From NCBI GenBank assembly GCA_963721455.1, contig CAVRJG010000017.1:1-60921 (forward strand): a stretch of 60,921 nt of DNA, given 5' to 3'. Positions 20,064-30,177 of this stretch are shown piece after piece. Every line of letters starts with the position of its first letter. Positions within the stretch are counted from its first letter, which is position 1. The translations under genes and the position numbers were made by a program. Below the pieces are notes generated by a model, which saw only the letters and a program-made list of their open reading frames with translations, was not told where the DNA came from and did no database searches. This DNA is from an uncultured Methanosarcinaceae archaeon. GTDB lineage: Archaea; Halobacteriota; Methanosarcinia; Methanosarcinales; Methanosarcinaceae.

Positions 20064-20529
20064 CTTTCATCCTGATGAAGCTTCAGAAACATGCAAATTC
20101 AAAGTATAGCTGCTTTGTTGCAGAATTAATCAGGCTGTCTATGCTGAATGGTATTTGCATACGTTTCTGGAGTGGTTTTGTGCTGCATCCCTGCAGCATC
20201 AATTCATTTTTACGGAGCTTCATCATTTAACCGGGAAAAGAGGATTCAAGCGAAATAGAGAATCCCGTAGAATTATGCAACAAAGCAAGTAGAACCAATA
20301 TTCAGATAGTCAACCTGGTCAACTAATTTTATATATCAATCAGTATTTATATGATATTTATACATTTGCATCAGTTCTTGTTTTAACAGGTTGCACATCC
20401 TGAAGGCCCAAGTTTCAGACAAAGCCAGAGCAGTCCAGCAGCTACATTCTCTTCTCGGAGACCCGGAGCTTTACAAATATGAAAAATAAGGGGCAATTAT
20501 GAAATATTAACAGGCAGGTCTGAAATTTC

Positions 20530-20644
20530 GGTCGTGAGTGTGAGTTATTGAAAACCGTAAGCACTAGAATCTCTCTACATTTTCCTCAAACACGGTGGGC
20601 GTACTCGTTTTCTCAGAATTGATCAATGACTCACGGACACGACC
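20530..20644. mobile_element. MITE type A, copy 1
   Basis: 22-bp imperfect TIRs GGTCGTGAGTGTGAGTTATTGA / GGTCGTGTCCGTGAGTCATTGA (rc); 115 bp, non-coding; related copy at 22128. Confidence 0.75.
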
Positions 20645-20662
20645 TGATTTTATACCTGATTT

Positions 20663-20859
20663 GCATCTATTCAGCCTGGGCAAAACAACCTCAATAGCCA
20701 TCTTTCATAAGATTCAATAGGCAAATTTCTCTGAATTAGTTTCCATTAATTGTTGGCTATTGATTGCGTTTTTTATTTGTTCATTGGTCAGTAATCACAT
20801 TTCTCTGTGATGTCAAAATCAATATCAGTCAACTGATTTTGGGTAGGCTGAATAGTTAC
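20663..20859. mobile_element. MITE type B with 8-bp target-site duplication
   Basis: Ends GCATCTATTCAGCCT / AGGCTGAATAGTTAC; flanked on both sides by CCTGATTT (20655-20662, 20860-20867). Confidence 0.8.
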
Positions 20860-21056
20860 CCTGATTTTATATTTCATTTTTAACGCAACTATATGTTCCT
20901 ATATGATTCGAGAACTGATCCTATATACTATACCTAGACAAGGTTATCAGGGTTTATATCTTATCTTATTGTCCTACTTCAGAGGTAACTTTATATATTA
21001 CCGTCGTCTATATAGATTTTGCTAAATTAATTAGGATATCCTCAGGGGGATTATTT

Positions 21057-22061
21057 ATTACTAAGGATAAAAGAAAAGTTCAGTTTACCGGAAATTCTAC
21101 CTATATTGTGTCTCTCCCCATAAAATGGGTCCGGGAGGTCGGGATCGAGGCCGGGGACACGCTTACTCTTACACCCATGCCTAACAAAACCCTGCTTGTT
21201 TCTCCCGGTGCGGCATCAAGGGAACAAGCTGCTCTCAAGGCAACGATCGACTATATTCACTCGGATAGTGCGGAAAACAACCTCCGAATTCTTATTTCTC
21301 ATTATCTTGTGGGTTATGATTCTATCAGGCTGACTACCGACAAAGGTTTCAGTGCTTATGACCGCAAGTTTATCAAGGACTCAGTTCGTCAGAAATTGAT
21401 AGGTCTTGAACTTGTGGAGGAATCCCGGAATGAACTGGTCTTCCTGTGCCTGCTTAACTACAATGACCTGCCCCTTGGCCGTGTAATCAAAAACATGTAC
21501 GGTCTCGTACTTTCAATGCTTGAGGACTCCATGACCGCTCTTCGGGATCATAATGTGGAGATTGCAGAAGACGTCATCCAGAGGGACGATGACGTGGACC
21601 GCTTCTATCTTCTTGCTGTTCGCCAGCTCAAGGCTTCAATTGAGGATATCGAACTCTCTGAAAAGATAGGGATAAGGCATCCACGAGATTGCCTGGGATA
21701 CAGGCTTATTACAAAGTGTATCGAGCGTGTAGGAGACCACGCGGTCAAGATAGCTAAAAACGTCCTGAAAATGGATGCAAGAATAAATGCTGATGACCCT
21801 ATCTTTAAAATGGCTGAACTCTCACGAAAGGTTTTCGAAAGTTCAATAGACTCAATGGCAGAAGAAGATCTGCGGGCTATCAACAAAATTGTTGTCGAGG
21901 CCAAAAAAGTTTCCCAGTTCGGGTTTTCTCTGGAGTCACGAGATGATGAAAGTTCATGTAACATTGGACTTAGCATGGTTCTGGAAAGCCTGCGAAGGGT
22001 AGCCGAATATAGCGCCGATATCGCAGAAGTTTCAATCAATATGAATGTAAAGAAGATCTGA
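21057..22061 (+). CDS. phoU: AbrB-domain/PhoU-domain phosphate uptake regulator
   Basis: In-frame RKVQFTGNSTYIVSLP AbrB motif upstream of the GTG at 21108; RDDDVDRFY, IERVGDHA and LRRVAEY PhoU repeats; probable ATT start at 21057. Confidence 0.85.
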   Translation: MTKDKRKVQFTGNSTYIVSLPIKWVREVGIEAGDTLTLTPMPNKTLLVSPGAASREQAALKATIDYIHSDSAENNLRILISHYLVGYDSIRLTTDKGFSAYDRKFIKDSVRQKLIGLELVEESRNELVFLCLLNYNDLPLGRVIKNMYGLVLSMLEDSMTALRDHNVEIAEDVIQRDDDVDRFYLLAVRQLKASIEDIELSEKIGIRHPRDCLGYRLITKCIERVGDHAVKIAKNVLKMDARINADDPIFKMAELSRKVFESSIDSMAEEDLRAINKIVVEAKKVSQFGFSLESRDDESSCNIGLSMVLESLRRVAEYSADIAEVSINMNVKKI

Positions 22062-22127
22062 ACCTGAAAATTTTGGGTTAAGACTCTTTTTATTTTTTCC
22101 CATTCATTTTTACACACAACTTCATTT

Positions 22128-22255
22128 GGTCGTGTGGGTCAGTTACTGAAAATCGTAAACACAGGACTTACTTTCCAAGTTGTTAGAACATAGCTAATGT
22201 GACTAGCTAATGTGACCGTTTTTTCAGATTTGATCAACAACTCATGGACACGACC
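22128..22255. mobile_element. MITE type A, copy 2
   Basis: GGTCGTGTGGGTCAGTTACTGA ... TCAACAACTCATGGACACGACC; internal 13-bp tandem duplication TAGCTAATGTGAC. Confidence 0.72.
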
Positions 22256-22472
22256 GAAATGTCCAGGTTTACAGAAAGCCTTTCCTGCTGTGAAAAAGAC
22301 CCTGGGGCTTACCATCCATTTTTTATTCAAGAAGCACCTTTAGGTTTTAAACTGACCTGGATTGACTTAGTCACAGACTATTGTAAGCCCTTTGCGTAAG
22401 TATTTTGCATAATCTTTTTACATACAGTTATAAAAAATTTCCAGTTATCACAAGAAAATACCCTGATCTCAT

Positions 22473-25106
22473 ATGTCTGCTAAAAGCTTAACCTGTACTC
22501 CTCCTGAAATCCTGGCTCCTGTAGGCGACCAGGAAGCTCTCCTTGGCGCAATCAAAGGAGGAGCCGATGCTGTATACCTCGGAGTCGGCGAGTTCAATGC
22601 CCGCCAGGGAGCACAAAATTTTACTCTCGATGACCTGGCCGCTGCTGTGGATCTGGCCCATTCGCACGGTGTTTCTGTCTATCTGGCACTTAACATTCCC
22701 ATAAAACAAAAAGAACTGCAGCATGCCCTCGAAATAGTGGACCTCGCATACGCAGCCGGAATCGATGCAATTATCTTGCAGGACCTCGGGCTGCTCAGAG
22801 TCCTTAAAGAAATTTACCCTGACCTTGAGCTGCATGCGAGCACACAGATGACTATCCATAACAAGCAGGGAGTTGATTTTGCAGCAGGCCTTGGAGCAAA
22901 AAGAGTTATCGTTTCAAGGGAGCTTACTGCAGACGAGGTAAAAGATATTGTAGATCATTCAGGCGTGGGCATCGAGATTTTTGTCCATGGCGCTCTTTGC
23001 TATTCATATTCTGGAAAATGCCTCTTCAGCAGTTTCCTGCACGACAGAAGCGCAAACCGGGGAGCCTGTGCCCAGCCGTGCAGAAGGCGCTACAGCTTCC
23101 TGGTAAACGGCAGGGAAATTGACGAAAGATCTATCGGAGGCAACTACCCCATAAGCTGTGCCGAACTCTCCACACTCACAGGGCTTGAAGAGATAGTAAA
23201 AACAGGGGTTGTAAGCCTTAAAATCGAAGGACGGATGAAGAAGCCCGAATACGTTACTGCAAGTGCTTCTGCCTACAAAGCCGCAGTTCAAAGCATATGC
23301 AGTCCTGGGGAAAATCCGACAAAGGAAGAGCTTGAGTCAAGGGAAGCCGAGCTTGCAAAACTTTTTTACAGGGGCTTTACAAGGGGTTTCATACTCGGGG
23401 AAAAAGGCGTATCCCACTCGAAATACAGCTCAAACTACGGCGCTTTTCTGGGAAAAGTCCTGGATCTCTCCCGTTCAAAGGGGGACACAAAACTTACAGT
23501 TCGGCTGGATGAGGATATCCAGGTAAAAGACGGCATAAGCATTTTCACGAGGGAGAGGATGCTTGGTTCTGCGGTTACAGGCATAATCACGATTGCAGGC
23601 GAGCATGTAAAAAGTGCAAAAAAAGGCGAAAAAGTAGGGCTTGAAATCAGCTCGAAGACAGGAAGGGCAGTCCAGAGAGGAGACGAACTCTACCTCACAA
23701 CAGACACGCAGCTTCTGGATACCCTCCAAAAAACAAAATTGAAAACGCTCCCTGTAAGCTTGAAAGTAAAAGCCAGGAAAGGAGAACGGTTTACGGTTGA
23801 GATCAGGGAAGAAAGCGGAAAAATTACAGAGGAGAGCGGAAAAAGCAGCCGAAAAGAAAAAGAAGAAGCTCTCAGTATGGAAAGAAGTGGAGAAGCCGTA
23901 AGTGCGGAATTTTCTGATGAATATATCGTTCAGGGAGCCGAAAAATCCCCAACCACAACCGAGCAGATAAGAAAGGCGATGGAAAGCCTTGGAGACACTC
24001 CATTTGAAGCCATAGATATCTCAATTGAAGCTGATGAGAATATCTTCATTCCTGTTGGCGTGCTGAAGAATTCAAGGCGAAAGGCTGCAGACCTCCTGCT
24101 GGAAAAGACCCTCAGTGCATACAAAAAAGAACAAAAACACCCAGAACTGGCAAATTTCAACCATCTGTACATTTCTGAAGGCGCCGACAAAGAGAGCTGC
24201 AATAAAGAGGGTAGAAACAGAAAAGGAAGCAACGCCGAAGCCAGCAGGAACCGGAGTACTGGTTCAAAGAAACTCTTCCTGAGCATTGAAGTAAATGAAA
24301 TTTCTTCACTACTTAAAGCTGCAATTGCCGGCGCAGATATAATATACATTCCAATTTCAAAATTTGAAGAGCTGACAGCGCCTGAAAACGCAGAGAAGCT
24401 TGAGGATTTGAAAGCCGAAAGAGTCGAACTCGTCTTCAGGGTTCCCCTGATAACCCATGACAGCGAACTGAATGAATTGAAACCCCTGCTGGAAAAAGTA
24501 AGAGATGCAGGTTTCAGTATAGCCTGTTCCGACCTCGGGGCCGCACAGCTTGCAAAAGAACTTTCCATACCATTTGCCGCAGGAAAAGAGTTCAACATCT
24601 TCAACGCTTTTACGGCAAGCACTTTTTATCAGGCAGGAGCTTGCAGGGTAACGCTTTCAAGCGAGCTGAACCTGAGCGAAATAAAAAATGTCTGTGAAAC
24701 GCTTCAAGCCTGCGGGGAGACAGGCCAGACCGAAATTTTAGTTTACGGCAGAGAACTGATGCTTATTACGGAAAATGACCTTTTAAAACCTCTTATTGAC
24801 AGAAGAATCGTAAGGAAAGACAGTGAAGTCCTCCTTGTTGACCAGAGCGGTTCCGAATTTCCTGTAAAGCGCCTTGGCACTCGCACCCTGATTTACAACT
24901 CGAAAGTGCTTGACATGCTGAAATATGTTAAAAATCTGGAAGGGTATGGAGTGGATGCAATTCGGCTTGACCTTTCATTTAATACTGAAGCCGAGATAGA
25001 AGAGATCACAGAGGCATATAAAGAAGCACTTGCAGGAAAAGAGATTAAATTGAAACTTGCAAGAGGGATTGAGTATACGACGGGGCATTATTTTAAGGGA
25101 GTTTAA
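22473..25106 (+). CDS. Peptidase U32 family protein (RlhA-like RNA hydroxylation family, long form)
   Basis: PEILAPVG, GADAVYLG, HASTQM, HGALCYSYSGKC, NRGACAQPCR (Fe-S Cys) and SLKIEGRMK. Confidence 0.9.
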   Translation: MSAKSLTCTPPEILAPVGDQEALLGAIKGGADAVYLGVGEFNARQGAQNFTLDDLAAAVDLAHSHGVSVYLALNIPIKQKELQHALEIVDLAYAAGIDAIILQDLGLLRVLKEIYPDLELHASTQMTIHNKQGVDFAAGLGAKRVIVSRELTADEVKDIVDHSGVGIEIFVHGALCYSYSGKCLFSSFLHDRSANRGACAQPCRRRYSFLVNGREIDERSIGGNYPISCAELSTLTGLEEIVKTGVVSLKIEGRMKKPEYVTASASAYKAAVQSICSPGENPTKEELESREAELAKLFYRGFTRGFILGEKGVSHSKYSSNYGAFLGKVLDLSRSKGDTKLTVRLDEDIQVKDGISIFTRERMLGSAVTGIITIAGEHVKSAKKGEKVGLEISSKTGRAVQRGDELYLTTDTQLLDTLQKTKLKTLPVSLKVKARKGERFTVEIREESGKITEESGKSSRKEKEEALSMERSGEAVSAEFSDEYIVQGAEKSPTTTEQIRKAMESLGDTPFEAIDISIEADENIFIPVGVLKNSRRKAADLLLEKTLSAYKKEQKHPELANFNHLYISEGADKESCNKEGRNRKGSNAEASRNRSTGSKKLFLSIEVNEISSLLKAAIAGADIIYIPISKFEELTAPENAEKLEDLKAERVELVFRVPLITHDSELNELKPLLEKVRDAGFSIACSDLGAAQLAKELSIPFAAGKEFNIFNAFTASTFYQAGACRVTLSSELNLSEIKNVCETLQACGETGQTEILVYGRELMLITENDLLKPLIDRRIVRKDSEVLLVDQSGSEFPVKRLGTRTLIYNSKVLDMLKYVKNLEGYGVDAIRLDLSFNTEAEIEEITEAYKEALAGKEIKLKLARGIEYTTGHYFKGV

Positions 25107-25175
25107 TAGAAGAAATAATCGAAAACATAAGAACGAATTTAGAATTATATCTTAAAAAGGTTTGAGGTAATAAAG

Positions 25176-25240
25176 ATGTACTGCAACCAGTGCCCTTAAC
25201 TCTTAAACGGAAAAGGCTGTACCAAAAACGGACTCTGCAA
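25176..25240 (+). pseudogene. hcp: 5' stub of hybrid cluster protein / hydroxylamine reductase
   Basis: GAGGT RBS, then MYCNQCP*LLNGKGCTKNGLC, matching the Hcp N-terminal four-Cys pattern; cut off by the duplicated U32 segment. Confidence 0.65.
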
Positions 25241-25666
25241 CAAGCACTTTCTATCAGGCAGGAGCTCGCAGGGTAACACTTTCAAGCGAGCTGAACCTGA
25301 GCGAAATAAAAAATGTCTGTGAAACACTTCAAGCCTGCGGGGAGACAGGCCAGACCGAAATTTTAGTTTACGGCAGAGAACTGATGCTTATTACGGAAAA
25401 TGACCTTTTAAAACCTCTTATTGACAGAAGAATCGTAAGGAAAGACAGTGAAGTCCTCCTTGTTGACCAGAGCGGTTCCGAATTTCCTGTAAGGCGCCTT
25501 GGCACTCGCACCCTGATTTACAACTCGAAAGTGCTTGACATGCTGAAATATGTTAAAAATCTGGAAGGGTATGGAGTGGATGCAATTCGGCTTGACCTTT
25601 CATTTAATACTGAAGCCGAGATAGAAGAGATCACAGGGGCATATAAAGAAGCACTTGCAGGAAAAG
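25241..25666 (+). repeat. 426-bp direct duplication of the 3' part of the U32 gene (copy of 24616-25041)
   Basis: Near-identical sequence at offset 625, with about six substitutions by eye. Confidence 0.92.
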
Positions 25667-25758
25667 GGACTAAGAGCCTATCCGAAAAGTGGTTACCAGC
25701 TACAACTTTTACAATATGCAATGTGCAAAACCGGAACGGATACTCTGATATTATAGAC

Positions 25759-26556
25759 CTATTGTGACTTTTCAACATGCAGAAACATTTGATACGCACC
25801 CTCATAACTTAATGCTTCTGTTTTCCCTGATCTATTCTTTAAAGTCGTCCATAGGGGCGCATTTGAGATGTCGCGCATGGGATGGATTGCCAGCCACTGC
25901 CCTAAGTTCCCAGAAGACCATGTAAGCGGGATACCCTTCGCTTTCGTGGTTTTATTTGTGCCCCCCTTTGATAATATAATAAGCCCCATGTTTTGTGAGA
26001 TCCACTGATCCAACCTTGCATGAAAGCAGCGCACCTATTCTAAGTCCTCCATCAGCACATACGGCAATTAGGGCTTTATCTCTCGGATGCCTGGCAGCAT
26101 CTAAAAACTTATTGAATTCTTCCTTGGTGGGTAAATCACTGGGGTGTATCAAGCTCTCGGTCTTTGTGGTCTGAAGCTGTGTAATCCACACAGGCATATT
26201 GTCCCCATGCTTCCACATCGAAAACCGTTTGAATGATTTTATGTATGATTTATATTGCCTTGTTTGAAGCACTTCAAATCTTCTAAGTACATTAAGAATT
26301 GGCTGAAGTCGGCTTGATCTATTTCAGCCATGGGTTTTTTAATCCCAATTTCTGCAATAATCTCACAGACACGTTTTAATGCGTTTATGTGAGCAATCAA
26401 GGTGTTCTGCTCAAGTTTCTTTTTCTCATTTCGGATGGAAAAGATAAAATCCTTGATTGCCTTTTTATCTTCATCATTTATATTTCATTTCGAAAGCCGA
26501 TTTAGTGAGGCGTTCAGCTTCTTAATTGTGCTTGTTACATCAGTGATTTCTCCCAC
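25759..26556 (-). pseudogene. Tyrosine recombinase/integrase, decayed
   Basis: Fragments SDLPTKEEF..RHPRDKALIAVCADGGLRIGALL (catalytic Arg I region) and QWLAIHP..NAPLW..LSY; internal stops and frameshifts; HxxR/Tyr C-terminus missing. Confidence 0.8.
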
Positions 26557-26589
26557 GTTACTAAAAATGGACAAGGAGGTATATTAAAT

Positions 26590-28236
26590 ATGATACATGA
26601 CTCCCTGGGTAAGTACTTTGAAAAACAGGTGGCTGTAGACCCTGACCACGAGTTTCTGATTTATCCGGACCGTAACCTTCGTTTTACTTATGGGCAGTTC
26701 AATGAAAGAGTTAATAACCTTGCAAAAGGGCTGCTCGCTATCGGAATAAAAAAGGGAGACCATGTGGGGATCTGGGCAAAGAACGTCCCTGACTGGCTTA
26801 CCTTCATGTTTGCAACTGCAAAGATCGGAGCAGTGCTTGTTACCGTAAATACGGCTTACAAAAGCCATGAAGTCGAGTACGTGATCAGGCAATCGGACAT
26901 GAAAGCTCTGGCTCTTATCGACGGCTTCAGGGACGTTGACTACCTGGAAATCATCTATGGGCTGGTTCCCGAACTTAGAAGCTCCGAGAGGGGGCGCCTG
27001 AAAAGCAAGAATTTTCCGTGCCTTAAGAGCGTAATTTACGTAGGGCAGGAAAAACACAGGGGCATGTACAATACCAGCGAGCTTATGCTTCTTGGCAGTC
27101 ATTATCCGGATGACGAGCTTAAGGAGATACTGGCAAGTGTCAGCGGCGATGATGTGGTCAATATGCAGTACACTTCGGGAACTACGGGTTTCCCGAAGGG
27201 GGTTATGCTTTCCAGCAAAAACATCCTGAACAATGGGCTCTCCATAGGCGACCGTCAGAAATTTACCCATGAAGACCGGCTCTGTTTGCCTGTGCCTCTT
27301 TTCCACTGCTTCGGGACCGTGCTCGGGGTTATGGCGGTTTTGACTCACAGGTCAACGCTTGTTATGCTCGAAGTTTTTGACCCCTTGCTTGTGCTCGCTG
27401 CACTGCAGAAAGAGAAGTGTACGGCTCTCTACGGCGTGCCTACGATGTTTATTGCCGAGTACACCCATCCAATGTTTGACATGTTCGACCTATCTTCCCT
27501 CAGGACCGGGATCATGGCTGGTTCGACCTGCCCTATAGAAGCCATGAAGAAGGTCGTAAAAGATATGCATTGCTATCAGATTACAAGTGTTTACGGGCTT
27601 ACGGAAGCTTCTCCTGGCATGACCCAGACTACCGTTGACGATCCTCTAGAGCTCAGGGTCGAGACCGTAGGCAAGTCTTTCCCGAGCGTCGAGGTCAGGG
27701 TAGTTGACCCGAATACCAATGAACCAGTGCCTCCAGATACCGTTGGGGAACTCTGTTGCCGCGGATATAATGTTATGAAAGGCTACTATAAGATGCCCGA
27801 AGAAACGAAAAAAGTGATTGACGAAGGCGGCTGGCTTCACAGCGGAGATCTTGGAACATGTGACGAAAACGGTTACTACAGGATTACAGGCCGCATAAAG
27901 GATATGATCATTCGGGGAGGGGAAAATATCTATCCTCGGGAAATTGAGGAGTTCTTACATGCCATGCCCGGAGTTAGAGACGCTCAGGTTGTGGGTATCC
28001 CTGACAAGAAATACGGGGAAATCGTGGGAGCTTTTGTGATTCTCGAAAAAGACGCGGATATTACAGAAGCCGATATCAGGGACTATGCAGTAAGCAAAAT
28101 CGCTCGCTACAAGGTTCCAAAGCACATTTTTCTCATAGCTGAGTACCCACTAACTGCAAGCGGTAAGATCCAGAAGTATAAGCTCAGGGAGCTGGCCATG
28201 GAGCTTCTTAACAGGCAAGAGAAAAACAGCAGTTAA
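26590..28236 (+). CDS. AMP-dependent acyl-CoA synthetase/ligase
   Basis: [44 protein letters not shown] and TASGKIQK. Confidence 0.93.
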   Translation: MIHDSLGKYFEKQVAVDPDHEFLIYPDRNLRFTYGQFNERVNNLAKGLLAIGIKKGDHVGIWAKNVPDWLTFMFATAKIGAVLVTVNTAYKSHEVEYVIRQSDMKALALIDGFRDVDYLEIIYGLVPELRSSERGRLKSKNFPCLKSVIYVGQEKHRGMYNTSELMLLGSHYPDDELKEILASVSGDDVVNMQYTSGTTGFPKGVMLSSKNILNNGLSIGDRQKFTHEDRLCLPVPLFHCFGTVLGVMAVLTHRSTLVMLEVFDPLLVLAALQKEKCTALYGVPTMFIAEYTHPMFDMFDLSSLRTGIMAGSTCPIEAMKKVVKDMHCYQITSVYGLTEASPGMTQTTVDDPLELRVETVGKSFPSVEVRVVDPNTNEPVPPDTVGELCCRGYNVMKGYYKMPEETKKVIDEGGWLHSGDLGTCDENGYYRITGRIKDMIIRGGENIYPREIEEFLHAMPGVRDAQVVGIPDKKYGEIVGAFVILEKDADITEADIRDYAVSKIARYKVPKHIFLIAEYPLTASGKIQKYKLRELAMELLNRQEKNSS

Positions 28237-28549
28237 TTCAATATTATCGACCTTAATGGTCGATATCCTTTTTTATTATTTTTTAATTGATCAATTTTCT
28301 CATTATTTTTTATCAATTAATTCTTTTGCTTTTAAAATTTAAAGCCATTAAAAAATTAGTTGTCACGCTATTTTTAAGAGCAATTATATTTTTGGAGCAT
28401 ATTGTAAAATGTTCCCTTATTCAAAAGTTTACGAGAATACAAAAATAAAAGGTAATTGAATATTTAACGTAATTTATTATATATACAATTTAAGCATTAG
28501 AAAGATGTAGTTGTAAGAGAAGCGCGATAGTGCACTTTTGTGCATAGCG

Positions 28550-28762
28550 TATGGGGAGTTTTTTGTAGGGGTTTCATCGATTGAGAGCTCAGGGGTCACA
28601 ATAAAGGGCTCTCAATCAATCACCACAACCAATCAAAGCCAACTGGCTACCTGCATTTTTTCTCTTACAATTGTACGAAGAATATGTGGGAGTATTCTTC
28701 AAAGGGGGGTTTCACCGATTGAGAGTCCAAGGGTCATCAAATGTGGCTCTCAATCATCAACT
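28550..28762 (+). ncRNA. Candidate structured RNA made of two related hairpin modules
   Basis: Two copies of TATGKGGGAGT..GGGGTTTCAYCGATTGAGAG..GGGTCA..GGCTCTCAATC; TATA-like element near 28476. Confidence 0.4.
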
Positions 28763-28788
28763 CAATATTTTTTAGCTGTTAGCATAAA

Positions 28789-28890
28789 TTATTAACTTTT
28801 AAGTTAACTATTAACTTTTAAGTAATTAACTTTTAAATTAACTTATTAACTTTTAAATTAACTTATTAACTTTTAAATTAACTTATTAAT
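28789..28890. repeat. AT-rich tandem repeat, ~20-bp unit TTATTAACTTTTAAATTAAC, about 5 copies
   Basis: Directly visible; first copies are degenerate. Confidence 0.85.
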
Positions 28891-29051
28891 TCAGGTAGAA
28901 TGTGAAACAATATAATTTTTCTCCCAATTGAACTTGAGTTATCAAGTTTTCCCTAACCCTGATCTTTACTAAAATCTTTCAAACAATCAATTTAACAATG
29001 CTATTCTATTTAAGTCCTTTGATGAGTCACTTCTGTCAATATGGGTACTAA

Positions 29052-29243
29052 CCCAAATTTGACAGAAGCATACATTTTATAATGTATAAATGGGCTTCAC
29101 GCTTCTGTTTTCTTCATACGATTTAAAGTTTTGTATTGTGTTTTTTTGATTTTTTTCATTTTTTTCTAAAGACATTGTGTCGATACAATGCGTTTTTTTG
29201 TAATAAAATACTGTATTAATTAGTGGAGTCTGTCGAATTTGGG
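29052..29243. mobile_element. MITE with IS1634-like ends and 6-bp TSD
   Basis: CCCAAATTTGACAGA ... TCTGTCGAATTTGGG flanked by TACTAA on both sides (29046-29051, 29244-29249); ends resemble the IS1634 TIR at 5090. Confidence 0.8.
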
Positions 29244-29391
29244 TACTAATAAACAATAGTAACTCGTATCAGCGAAACGATCTACTGGACGAGTAGATTG
29301 ACACAAAAAAGCCAGAATCCGGAATGTGAGGGGGAGATTGTACAGGCAAAATTGAATATCTTGCTTTTTTCTTTTCTGATTCTGGAAGAAA

Positions 29392-30177
29392 TCATATCAG
29401 TCCTATCAGTACTACCCCTATTCCCATGACAGCCACACAGCCTACAGCCGCAAAGTCCACCTTATTCCAGACAAGCCTGTTCTTTTCCACACTGTGCCTG
29501 CTCCTGTAACCTCTCAGATCCATTGTCAGGCCCAGCACCTGGGTTCTTCCCAGAGAATTCGCTACCAGGGGCACAAGAAGCGGCTTTACACTCCTCACTT
29601 TCCCGCGGAGACCTTTTCCAGGGTTGTAGCCTCTTGCAAGCTGGGCTTCATGGATGCGCTGACCTTCGATCTGCAGGCTAGGGATAAAGCGAAGGGCGAT
29701 TACGAACATGAGCACATAGTCCACAGGGATATGGATTGTCAGGAGGGCCTTCATAAGGTCACTGGGCCTTGTAGTGACCACGAGAAGCTGGAAGGCAAAA
29801 AGCATTGCAACGAAACGAAGGGAAAGAACCACTCCGAAATCCAGAGCTCCGGCCGTGATAGGGACAATCCCGCTGGCTGTCAGGGCTCCGGGCGGGATAA
29901 GGTAGCCGATAGTTTCTCCGCTTTTCAGGGTAAAGACGGTTAGCAGGATCAGGCTTACACTCAGAAAAACAAGAAGCTTGAGCTGTTTGATAAGTTCGTG
30001 CTGGAGCCCGGCTTTAAGGGACGCCAGGAAAATTCCCAGAACCATCAGGGCCAGGACCGTGGAGTTTGTCGTAAAAACGCTCAGAACTATAATTCCTGCG
30101 ACAGCAACGATTTTGGAGAGTGGGTTCATGCTGTGTAAAAAGCTATCCCTGTTGATGTACTGCATAATCTCTTTCAT
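29392..30177 (-). CDS. ecfT: ECF transporter transmembrane T component
   Basis: SFLHSMNPLSK, ALRFIP, AQLARG and DLRGY motifs; ATG at 30177 overlaps the upstream stop. Confidence 0.9.
   Translation of the reverse strand: MKEIMQYINRDSFLHSMNPLSKIVAVAGIIVLSVFTTNSTVLALMVLGIFLASLKAGLQHELIKQLKLLVFLSVSLILLTVFTLKSGETIGYLIPPGALTASGIVPITAGALDFGVVLSLRFVAMLFAFQLLVVTTRPSDLMKALLTIHIPVDYVLMFVIALRFIPSLQIEGQRIHEAQLARGYNPGKGLRGKVRSVKPLLVPLVANSLGRTQVLGLTMDLRGYRSRHSVEKNRLVWNKVDFAAVGCVAVMGIGVVLIGLI

Noticed and set aside
25384-25767. 127-aa ORF as an independent gene
   Set aside because: It is the duplicated 3' piece of the U32 gene running into unrelated sequence
26584-27348. 254-aa minus-strand ORF (likewise 23930-24622, 44380-45117, 4225-4806)
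   Set aside because: Antisense shadows of well-supported genes
28538-28795. 85-aa ORF over the twin hairpins; also considered as a TPP or other known riboswitch
   Set aside because: No RBS or protein motif; lacks recognisable riboswitch consensus and has no downstream co-oriented gene
28789-28890. Possible CRISPR array (also 42116-42180 and 52551-52618)
   Set aside because: Units are contiguous with no unique spacers, and no cas genes are in the window
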